A stretch of 20,000 nt of DNA from Cladosporium halotolerans (lineage: Eukaryota): the NCBI RefSeq assembly GCF_011745625.1, contig NW_027191508.1:55444-75443 (forward strand), in the 5' to 3' direction. Below the pieces are notes generated by a model that saw only the letters and a program-made list of their open reading frames with translations, did no database searches and was not told the DNA's origin. The position numbers and the translations under genes were made by a program. Of this stretch, positions 9,990-19,503 are shown piece after piece (within the stretch, counting starts at the first letter, position 1; every line of letters begins with the position of its first letter).

Positions 9990-11517
9990 TAGCGAATTCC
10001 CGAGCTGCTGCAAGCTCTCTAGCTCGAACTACCTTGGAAGGGCTAAAGAACAGCACACCAAGGCCTTCACCTGCTCTGAGCTGCTTGGTGAATGCGCTAC
10101 CACGTTTCCTCTTCTTCTTCTCGCAATCGATAGATTGAAGAAGGCCTTGCTCACGCTCTTCTGCCAGCTGTGCTCGGGGAGAAGCTCCCAGGTAGGCATC
10201 GCCGAGCAGTCTGATCGTCCTGTCCTTCTTAGCCCCATCAGCAGCCACACTTCGATCCACAATCCTCCTTACCCTTCTAGTGGCTCTCGGCGAATCGAGG
10301 CAACTACTTCCGAGGCTCTCGGAGGGTGCGGACGCTGATGACTCGTCCAATACTTCGCCTGCCTCCTTGTCGAAGATCTTCAGCACCTGAGCTGGATCCC
10401 ATGGCTCTATGCCGGTCTTGCGCCATGCCGACCGGATGTTCTCTTCCGTGAAGGCCTTGTCAAATGCTGGGTAGAAGATGGTGAAGAAGTCTCGCTTACT
10501 TACGCTCGATAGGCCTAGAGACTGTCTGGTATGAGCATCCAGAGCTTGGCTGTAATAAGTGGCGAGTGGGTTGAACAGACTGACGTCCAAGGGCTGCAAC
10601 CTATGAGTCGAGTGAGGAGGATAGATAGCAACCAAGATCCTACGTTTGTGACACAAGTCAAGGAAGTCCAGAGTGCAATGCGAGCCATGGCCATCGAGCA
10701 TGAGCAGCCTCCAGTCTCTTTTAGCCTTGTCTGAAGTCTGAGGATCGAAGAGGCTCTGTAACCAGCTCAAAGCGAGCTCGTCACTTGTCCATCCGTTGGG
10801 CGAGCTGGCAAACCAACAAGGGTGCTCTTCCGTCTCATAGTCTTGAAGCCAAGTATCTTGGAGATTACCACTAACAGCCTTGTAGATCAGAGCAGGCGGC
10901 AGTGAGCTGCCATCGGCACATATGGTCGCTACAAGGGTAATCCAGTGTCGAGCTCCATCTTGACCGGTGCCTAGAAGCTTTTGAGTCTTCATAAGAGCCT
11001 TTGGGAAAATCCTCTTGACCTTCTGCAGATGGCCGATGAGAAAGCCCTTCTCGTCCATGTTGTAGCAATTATGAGGCTGTATGTCATACTGGATGATCTT
11101 CTCCTCCAAGATAGCAAAGTACTGCCTGTACGAATGCTCTGAGTCGGCTTTGTGCCTCTCGAGGTCTATGGTGCTGAGATATTTGCAGTCAAGCTCATCC
11201 TTGTGTCGGACGCGGAAAGCGGCAACCCAGTTTTTGCCAGGCTCTGTACCACACAAAGCAGCAGCCCAAGCCCTCACCATTGATGGTGTAGGGGGAAGGC
11301 ACCACTCGGATAGTCTGTTAATCTGTTTAACAAGCATAACTTCTTGTTTGTGCGTTAGCAATTGCTGTGTTTGGTAGCCTTGGGCTGTGGAGCGCGTCTT
11401 GCCGCGGAACCGCTTGCTAAGGGTACTTCTGTTGATATTGTACTTTGTAGCTGCTTCAGAGATATTTTCAGATTCAGAGGATCTTAGAAACGCGATCGCC
11501 TTATCGATAGAAGCCAT
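9990..11517 (-). pseudogene. Outer pogo/Fot1 transposase, N-terminal part (HTH, CENP-B-like HTH, DDE_1 domain), interrupted by the nested element
   Basis: ATG at 11517 (MASIDKAIAFLRS). Catalytic motifs YNMDEKG, LDGHGSH and QPLDVS give DD35D spacing. The reading frame runs on through the inner TIR to a stop at 9856. Confidence 0.93.
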
Positions 11518-11710
11518 GGTTGTGAAGATGTCGCGTGTTGAAGCGCGTTGTTGTCGGGCTTCGAAAGTGTGCACGAGTCAGGGATGTGCACGAGCCAGGG
11601 AAGACGTCTAAGCTGGAACTATGAATAAAGGTCTCAATTTCGCGTTGAAAAACGACTCAGGTATTTTCTACTGCTACCTTCCTAAAAGTAATCGAAGCAC
11701 TACCGCAATC

Positions 11711-11770
11711 ATGCCGGAAGACCCAATTCAGAAACTCAAGAAGATAGGCATCGTGGGCGCCGGTAGTATG
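11711..11770 (+). pseudogene. 5' stub of a Rossmann-fold NAD(P)-binding dehydrogenase (possibly 6-phosphogluconate dehydrogenase-like), truncated by an LTR
   Basis: ATG in good context (GCAATCATG) encoding MPEDPIQKLKKIGIVGAGSM, which is a beta strand plus GxGxx[G]. The motif is cut exactly at the LTR's TGTCAC. The family assignment rests on 20 aa only. Confidence 0.6.
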
Positions 11771-11986
11771 TGTCACGGGCGGACGTCGGGGCGTAGGTAT
11801 AGATGCAAACAGGGATAGATACGAATCACTACGACTAACCTACAGACAGGTTATATGACTAGGACGTAGCTCGAAGAGCTACGAATGAGGTTCTGAGCGG
11901 AGTTCTCAGGTGAAGCCGACTGTCGGCACACCTGCCATCATACAAACAGCGACCCTATAGGCATGTCACAGGCTCGGCCCGTGACA
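11771..11986 (-). mobile_element. Solo LTR, 216 bp, from a Ty3/gypsy family related to the element at 15333
   Basis: TGTCACGGG...CCCGTGACA terminal inverted repeat. Shares TGTCACGGGCG, CGTAGGTATAG and the 22-mer AGGACGTAGCTCGAAGAGCTAC (11861-11882 vs 15442-15463) with the LTR at 15333-15567. The flanks GTATG and CCCAT do not match. Confidence 0.9.
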
Positions 11987-12566
11987 CCCATCCTGGATTC
12001 AGCGCAGACGCCTGCAGAGTTCTCTCACAGCTTGCGGGAGCTTGAAGTCCTCGCGAGAGTCACTGAGCTCAGGCAAAGTGAACAATTTGTCTGATATACG
12101 CGCCCTCTCCTTTTTAGACAGCCTGCTGTGCTTCTCCTGAGGTGGGTGCGAGCATTGTCTGGCTAGACGCGATCAGGGTGTTCAGCAAACAAACAGATGC
12201 CTGATTTTACAGTTTGGCAAACAACGCCTTACTATAACAGGAGGCAATATTAGATGTCGCGAAAATTCGCGTACACGCGCCTTTTCGCGTATATACCACT
12301 GACGACTCCCAAACCAAGATGCAAACATGGAAAAGGGTTTTGTGATAATGCTAGACCACCGTTCAATATTATCAGCTGAGGCGAAAAAATATTGTTGATG
12401 AATATGTGTTTCTGGACCCTTTGCCAAGCTGTTTGTCAAACAGAATTTGTAAGGCATCTGTTTGTTTGTTTGTTTGATGATCACCCTGGACGCGATGGTG
12501 ACATGCCTTGAAAAGCGCAACGTGATGCTCCGGTAAGTGTGCAAAGTAGTCGGTAGCGGTAGCTAT
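11987..12566 (-). pseudogene. Degenerate 5' remnant of an OrsD/DUF3505-like C2H2-type gene, split by a MITE and cut by the solo LTR
   Basis: After removing the MITE and one TSD it reads (ATA)ATATDYFAHLPEHHVALFKACHHRV*PDNARTHL, then a 1-nt frameshift, then QEKHSRLSKKERARISDKLFTLPELSDSREDFKLPQAVRELCRRLR*IQDG. This resembles the F.HLPE..V..C..C...VWP.....HL..KH pattern recalled for that family; not confirmed by search. Confidence 0.55.
12174..12488. mobile_element. Non-autonomous hAT-type MITE, 315 bp
   Basis: Ends CAGGGTG...CACCCTG. The imperfect inverted repeats extend ~50-60 bp (CAAACAAACAGATGCCT vs AGGCATCTGTTTGTTTG). Perfect 8-bp TSD GACGCGAT at 12166-12173 and 12489-12496. Confidence 0.92.
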
Positions 12567-13324
12567 CTTGGGAATACTTGTGGCTCAAGTGGAAGAGTGG
12601 TGGAGAGGAGAGATAGGCCGTTCAGAGTCGCCGCCATCTGTACGGTCTGCGCGAACGAAGAGCGCGTCTCTCGCGCCTCTCTCGCATTCCGCCTAGTATT
12701 TGTATCCAAAAAATCCAGTCCATCCTTATTCAAAGTACCTGGTGGGATACAATTATTACCCCATACTTTTATTAGTAACAGAAGCTACGCAATGACGGGT
12801 ATTTATGAGTCTTGCAATTGGGCCCCATATATTGTATCCCATACTCTGCTGCATATACTTCCTGCGATCAGATCCACTCCACAATTCCTCAGTAGATGTT
12901 ATAAAGCGTCTGCGACTGATTAGCTCAGTTTGGAGGCCTTTCTCGAGGTTTGTGGGTGGATGGTGAAACCACATGCGAAAATCCTGAGAGTCGATGAAGT
13001 TCCACCCACAGGCGCTTAGGGTTACCGTTGGGGTATGCTCGGATAGTGGAAAGGGCCAGCGAATGCTCAGTGGGCATTGCAGAACATAATGGTTTGCATG
13101 TTGAAGCATATTCTGGTTTCGAGGTACTGCTAGTAGGTCGCAAAGAAAAACGTTTTATACCATCCGGGTCGAGAAAAGCTGATTTAAAGGGAGTCTGCAA
13201 TCCGTTGAGTTGTGTGTCAGGTTATTTATATAAGAAAACGAGATTCAATGTACAGGATCTGCGCCGAGTATGCTCAAGCACTCTTGCCCTTTGTGACCAC
13301 AGCTGACATGAGAGTAGCTACATT

Positions 13325-14386
13325 TTACCACGCAGTGTGCCCGCCGTCAACTATCAGGTTGCTGCCGGTCATAAAGGACGATGCGTTGCTGAGCAGGAAG
13401 AGTGCGGCGCCCTTGAACTCTGAGGGATCAGCCAATCTCCCCATCATATTCTCAGCTTCCCACTCTTCTTGCAGGCCAGGCGTTGCCTCTAGCTCCTTTT
13501 TAACCATCGGTGTTATGGCATGACCAGGGCTCAATGCGTTGACGCGGATGCCGCCCTCCCCACTGGACTGCACTTTGCTCCATTCCATTGAGAGGTTTTT
13601 CGCTAGTTGAATGACAGCCGCTTTAGTGGCATTGTACACAGGCGACAGCATGCCTTTATTTGCAATTAGCCCGCTCATGCTGGCGACCAGACACATGCTA
13701 CCGCGGCTGCGGTACTTGAACATCTGCCGGGCGCACGCATTCGCTGTTTCCAGCACGCCAATGAAGTTGGTGTCGAGCATGCGCCGGACGTCTTGCTCTT
13801 TGTATTCGATCGAGGGGCAGACTTGCAGGATGCCCGCAGCTGCTATCAGGCCGTCCAGCCGTTGCTTCTCGTCTGCGATGCTTGCCACTGCGGCGTTGAC
13901 TTCGTCTACCTTGCTGATATCAACGCGGCGGTAGTGGAGGGTGCCAGTGCCTGGTTCACGTCGCAGCTGCTCGTTTGCGACTGCAAATTCTTCATCCGGC
14001 TGCTTGTTGCGATCGAAGCAGTAGACCTCGCCGCCGGCCTCGGCCAGTGATTCGGCCATGGCAAGGCCCAGACCACGCGCACCTCCGGTGGTAATATACA
14101 CGCGATTGGACAGGTCGAACAGTGTCGATGTCTGTTTAGCAAGGTTGTCGGTGTGGGGTCTCTGCATTGGAAGAGCATCGTCAGAACGACTGGGTGGTTG
14201 GCTATTGAATAGTGGCTCAGGGGCTCCTTTGGAAAGTTTCTGGGGTTGCGCATTGGACTCACGTCGAGAGAACGAAGCGTAGGAGAACGGGGAGTTGTTG
14301 CGAATTGGAGTGCTATGAAAGCTGCGTTTCAGAATTTGAGAGCGGTCCAGATTGCGAGCTAGTTGTTTTTGAATTGTGGACTGCAT
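13325..14386 (-). CDS. Short-chain dehydrogenase/reductase (sorbose reductase / D-arabinitol 2-dehydrogenase-like) with a probable mitochondrial presequence
   Basis: 353-aa ORF with TGGARGLG, AAAG, catalytic S (VASMSG), YNATK, IRVNALSPG and C-terminal LIVDGGHTAW. The N-terminus is R/S/K-rich and includes KRSFHST. Confidence 0.92.
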   Translation of the reverse strand: MQSTIQKQLARNLDRSQILKRSFHSTPIRNNSPFSYASFSRRESNAQPQKLSKGAPEPLFNSQPPSRSDDALPMQRPHTDNLAKQTSTLFDLSNRVYITTGGARGLGLAMAESLAEAGGEVYCFDRNKQPDEEFAVANEQLRREPGTGTLHYRRVDISKVDEVNAAVASIADEKQRLDGLIAAAGILQVCPSIEYKEQDVRRMLDTNFIGVLETANACARQMFKYRSRGSMCLVASMSGLIANKGMLSPVYNATKAAVIQLAKNLSMEWSKVQSSGEGGIRVNALSPGHAITPMVKKELEATPGLQEEWEAENMMGRLADPSEFKGAALFLLSNASSFMTGSNLIVDGGHTAW

Positions 14387-14869
14387 CTTCGAAATGATAT
14401 GTGCAGGCGGGTGCCTGTGTCTAATGTAGGAGCAGCGTGTGGTTAGAAAAAGAAGACTGTAAGCTCTTTCGAAAACACAAGATCGACATTTTTAAACTGC
14501 GGCACGAATTGTTTACCCAGCATCGAACCTCGAATCATTTATGACGCATATTCTGTTCACATCGCACTGAGCCCTGCGTATTGTGAGCTCACGGGCTCTG
14601 ACGCAAACAACTTGCAAAATGTACACTTCGGGTAACCCGATAGCCTACGAGTCGGAGAGCCATAGGTCAGTGAGAAGTGGGCGTTCGGTCCCGGGACGCC
14701 CGGTTCCCTAAGCCGGATCCTGGAATCAACTCCAGGATTTCGATAGTTTGAGACCGAGGGTCGGTCAAATTGGTCGTTAGGGGTTGCTAGCCACCAAATT
14801 CAGGTAGTCAACATAACAAAATATCTTCATTAATTCATAACTCAACAACCACACTACCTACTCACACAA

Positions 14870-15332
14870 ATGGCGCGTCAGAATAAGCGGAAAGAAGCCC
14901 TCTTTCAACCACATATCTTATATAAAGAGAATACTACACCAGAGCCGAGTGATCGCGATCTAAACACAAAACACGAATGGGACACGCCTACGCGTGCACG
15001 CGTCCTCACGCTTCGAGAGGCCGGATCCTCACGCCCTGTCATCAAAAAGAAAACTGGCGTGCCTATCTCAACTCAGGAGTCATGGAGACCTGGTGAATAC
15101 CGAAGACCTGGCCAAAAACGACCTGGTGCTGCTAAAAAGCTCTCTAATACCTGCCTTCGTACGATCATCCGTTATCTCAGCAAATCCTTCGAAGCACGGC
15201 AATCAACATGGCGGCAGCTCGCAAAAGACTATGGTGGTGGTTGTACAGCTACAACAGTGAAGAACAGCTTAAATGCATTAGGATACCACAAATGCAAGGC
15301 CTGTCAAATGACCTGGCTCTTAGATGACAATA
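14870..15332 (+). pseudogene. Tc1/mariner-like transposase N-terminal DNA-binding region, interrupted by the retrotransposon
   Basis: HEWDTPTRARV...KKTGVPIST HTH, RPGAAKKLS linker (GRP-like), second HTH ending TVKNSLNALGYHKCKACQ. The ORF runs directly into the LTR at 15333. No catalytic domain or partner TIR is in the window. Confidence 0.72.
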
Positions 15333-15567
15333 TGTCACGGGCGCGAGGCAGTGTGTGCAGTACGTAGGTATAGTTGCCAATCAGATCGGATACAGAGCTA
15401 TGTACGGTCTCGGTCGCAACCCGGTGGATGCTTGGATGACGAGGACGTAGCTCGAAGAGCTACAAACACATGGGAAAGGAGAAGCGCATGTAAAGCCGGA
15501 GCCCGGCTTACCTGCCTTCTCAAGCATTATGAGCAATGTCACGGGATCCGGGATTCCGACCGTGACA
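15333..15567 (-). repeat. 3' LTR, 235 bp
   Basis: TGTCACGG...CCGTGACA ends, directly adjacent to the PPT. The outer 5-bp flank CAATA (15328-15332) is the predicted TSD. Confidence 0.92.
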
Positions 15568-15580
15568 CTACTCCCCTCCT
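15568..15580 (-). other. Polypurine tract
   Basis: Minus strand AGGAGGGGAGTAG immediately precedes the TGTCAC of the 3' LTR. Confidence 0.88.
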
Positions 15581-15642
15581 AAAGGTCGAGCTCCGTGAGA
15601 CCGACGCTTCTAGGAGTCACTGTGAGGCAGGATGGTGGTATT

Positions 15643-18600
15643 TCATCGAACGAAAGGCGGTACAGGACGGTCGCGATACCTGCGGTGGAAATCGCGGACG
15701 AGCTGCGGTACGTCTTCGTATATCATACGCGCAGGTTCCAGGGTGGGATCGTCGTAACCAGTCCAGCGGATGAGATACTTGTAACCTCTAACTTTTCGGC
15801 GGCAATCTTGGACTTCCGCGACATCGTGTGCAGGACTTCCATCTATAAACACAGGTGGTGGTGGTTCTTGTAGCTGACCAGGTAGCGGATCGTCCGCTGC
15901 GAGATACAACTGATCCACATTGAAGACAGGGTGGATTCGCATCGAGTCAGGCAGATCAAGTCGGTATGTGTATGGTCCTAACACTTCGGCAATTCGGAAC
16001 GGGCCAACGCTCTTCCAGTCGAGCTTCTTGCGCGGACGGAGTGTTTTCAAATTCTTTGCGGACAACCAGACCTTCTGGTCGACTGAGAAGCTCGGAGCTG
16101 TGACGCGGGATTTGTTTGAAGCGTCTTCGTACCGGGCCTGGGCTAGAACGGTCTGCTCACGAAGGTGCTCGAGGATTGCAGACATATGGTCGGCGAAAGC
16201 GGACGCTTGTCGGGCTGCAGGTGCGTCGATCGGCTCGACCGGCTCAACACCCAACCGTGGGTGGAAGCCATAGTTTGCAAAGAATGGGGACATTCCTGTC
16301 GTTTCAGAAAACAGTGAATTTGCGGAGAACTCGGCTAACGGGAGCCAGTCTACCCAGTCATCTTGTAGGTACGACACGTAAGCACGAAGATGTTGTTCCA
16401 AAACAGCATTCATTCGTTCGGTCTGGCCATCACCTTCAGGGCGATGAGCGACAGTCATCTTCGTAGATAGCTGAAGGCGTTTCGAAAGGTGATCCCAGAA
16501 ATTGTTCACAAAGCGTATGTCTCGGTCAGATACGACAGAAGCTGGAGCGCCGTGCAGGCGGTAGATCTCGCGGACGAAGATCCTGGCGACGTCTTCGGCA
16601 TTGCTAGTCATGAGACAGGGAACGTAATGGCGCATTTTCGTAAGTCTGTCTACAACGACGAGAACCGCGTCGTAACCGTTCGACGACGGCAAGTGCGTGA
16701 TGAAATCCACAGAGATGTGTTGCCACGACCTTTCTGGAACTGGGAGCGGCTGTAACAGGCCTTGGTGTCGGTCGTGACGTGCTTTGATCCGGCCACAAGT
16801 TCGGCAGTTCAGAACGTATTGACGAACGTCGGTGCTCATCCCTTTCCAGCAGTAGTTGCGCGACAACAGTTCGAACGTCTTCGCTCTTCCAGGGTGGCCT
16901 GCAGAAGGGTTGTCATGGTACTGTCGGATTATCTTCACTCGGAGGTCTTCAAACTCGGGAACGTAGATCTTATCTCGATAGTACAGGAGTCGGTTTTCGT
17001 GTCGACATTGAGCCAGCTGCAAAAACGGGTGTCTAGTCTTACCCTGCTCCAGCGCTCGGAGCACTGATACTACGTTTTCGTCTTCCAGAGACCCTTTCTG
17101 TAGCAGTCGTTCGATCTCCGGGATGTCGTTCGGAACAGGGTCAGGAGTCATAGCGTTGAACAATACCACGTCGGCGAGATCCTTCGTGAACCGCACGTTC
17201 TTTGGTTCTTTAAACCGTACTGTCTTTTGTTGGTCTGTCGATGTCGATTGTCTCGGTTCCGGGGTTGTTGGTGGGGTCAGCGGCACTGCTTGGTCTTCAA
17301 AATTTTCTTTCTTTAGCACGATACGGCTCTGGTGTTGGAGGCGTTCATCCCCTTCCTTAGGCAAATCTTCTGACCTCCTGGCCAGAGCGTCGGGCTTCTC
17401 GCCCTGTTTTCCTGGTCGGTAGATGATTCGGAAGTTGTAGCGTGACAGGAACTCGGACCAGCGAGCTTGACGCCTGTTAAGCATCTTCGTCGACATGAAG
17501 TATTCCAGATTCCTGTGATCTGTAAGAACGCGGACGGGTGTCTCGGTTCCCTCGAGTTCCGGACGCCATTCCTCAAGGCATCGGATGATTGCGAGGAGTT
17601 CTTTGTCGTAGATCTCATAATTGCATTAAACCGCAGAGTGCTTCTTCGAAAAGAAGGCAACGGGACGTAGGATCCCTTCATCGTCATACTGGGACAGCAC
17701 TCCAGCGGAGACAAAGTCGGAGGCATCGGTTTCTAAAATCGCTTCTTTAGTCCAGTCGAACGGCTTCAGGATAGGAGCAGAGGCAACAGTGGCCTTGAGC
17801 TTCTCGAAAGCATCTTGGCATTCCACAGACCAGTTGAACTTGGCGTTCTTCTTCGTCAAGTCGATCAAAGGGGTGACGATCTTCGAGTAGTCTCGGATGA
17901 AGCGGCGGTAGAAATTGCAGAATCCGTTGAATCGGAGGACGTCGGTAGCGTTGCTCGGAGTATTCCAGTCCAAGATCGTCTTGACCTTATCTGGGTCCAT
18001 CTTAAAGCCATCTCTACCTACAATCAGGCCTAAGAACTTCGTCTCTTCAACGAAAAACTCGCACTTGGATAGCTTCGCGTACAGGCCAGCTCGTCGGAGT
18101 CGCTCTAAGACCTGGCGAACGTGTTCTAGGTGTTCTTCTTTCGTCTTGCTGTAGATCAGGATGTCGTCAAGGTACGCGGAACAAAAGCGGTCAAGATACT
18201 CGCGAAGAGCATCGTTGATGAACCTTTGGAACGTAGCAGGAGCGCCAGTCAGCCCGAACGGCATAACCAGAGACTCAAACAGTCCGAACCGAGTCAGAAA
18301 CGCAGTGAACTTCTCATGTCCCTCTTTCATCCGAACATTGTTGAAAGCGGAGATGATGTCGATCTTCGTGAAGTACTTCATACCGTTCAGGTTGTTCAGC
18401 GTCTCCTTGATCAGCGGTAGAGGGTAGCGGTCTTTCACAGAAATCTCATTTAGGGCGCGGAAGTCCATACAGAGCCTCAGGCCTCCTCCAGGTTTTTTGA
18501 CAAAGAGGACTGGCGAGGTGACAGGTGACGAACTTGGCCGTATGAACCCTTTCCTCAGATTTTCATCCAGCCAGTTCCGGAGAGTCTGGAGTTCTTCGCG

Positions 18601-19503
18601 AGACATCGAATATATCCTTCCGAACGGGAGTCTCTTATCGGATGTCAGACGGATCTCGTGATCGTACGAGCGGTGCGGCGGCAGCTTATCTGCCTTCTTC
18701 GGCGAGAAGACGTCCGCGAAATCGCGGAGTGCCTCGGGGAGCTGTAGTGCAAGTTCTTCGCCTTCTTGCTGTAAGGCAGTATCGATGTCCTCGAGTGTGA
18801 CCATGCACATCTGATAGCCACGTCTAGCATAAGCCCTGCAAGCGTTCAAGCTAACTCGAGCAATATCCCGGTGGTTCAGCTCGGGGATATACCGCTTAGG
18901 AACGTCCTTGAGCGTTTTCTGTCGTGTCGGGTGTCTCGTCGTGTTACAGTTCTGTAAGCAGTACGGGTCGCTAAACTCCCACGAGCCGTCGGCCCAGTTT
19001 GTGCGTGGGTTGTGTTTCTTCAGCCAGGGGTGTCCCAGGACAATCGGGTAGTGCGATAACGGCGTAGCATACAGGACGACGTCCTTATCCACGTGATCTC
19101 CGTTCTTGATATCACAGCGAACGTATTCGCGTACCGTGCGGGAGTCTCTTTCTTCGCCGTCATAACCGTAGAGAGAGAAGGGTCGGGAAACTGCGCGTAG
19201 GGCCAGTCCTACAGATTTAGCGTATTCTCGGTCGATAAAGGCATATCCTTCGCAGCCAGAGTCTACGAGAGCACAAGTGAGTTCGGTCTTTCGGTCTTGA
19301 ACGACTGAAACGCTCAAGATCGGAGCAGAAGTACGGGTGAACTCCTTTTCGATAGGAATTCCATGAATTGCCACATTCGAGATTCGAAGGGGCTTACCGG
19401 GAGGGAGGTCAGTTCGAGTGGTCAATCGAAGTGCAGGTCGGGAGATCCGTGCGTTTTGTCTTACTGCCTGGATACGGCTTCCTCCAGGCGAAGGCCGTTT
19501 TCC
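15643..19503 (-). pseudogene. pol: pol polyprotein with one in-frame nonsense codon in RNase H
   Basis: Protease ALVDSG, RT YLDD, RNase H ETDASD...HSAV*CNYEIYDKELLAI (TAA at 17626-17628), integrase HHCC (HDNPSAGH...CRTC), SVDF/SDRD/GQTE core, GPF module, and chromodomain YKYLIRWTGYDDPTLEP. ORFs 17626-19425 and 15643-17496 are in the same frame. Confidence 0.95.

Larger units (their letters stand above)
7326..11608 (-). mobile_element. pogo/Fot1-family DNA transposon (outer element) containing a nested element
   Basis: 43-bp TIRs 7326-7368 and 11566-11608 (40/43), each with a 17-bp internal tandem repeat TCCCTGRCTCGTGCACA. TA TSD at 7324-7325 and 11609-11610. Confidence 0.95.

Noticed and set aside
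12742..12841. 11-bp inverted repeat TGGGATACAAT/ATTGTATCCCA about 100 bp apart
   Set aside because: No TSD and no extension. It may be a decayed TIR relic but cannot be supported.
14716..14790. Small hairpins and CCGAGGG as the left TIR of the Tc1-like element
   Set aside because: Not preceded by TA, and the partner end is outside the window, so the boundary cannot be fixed.
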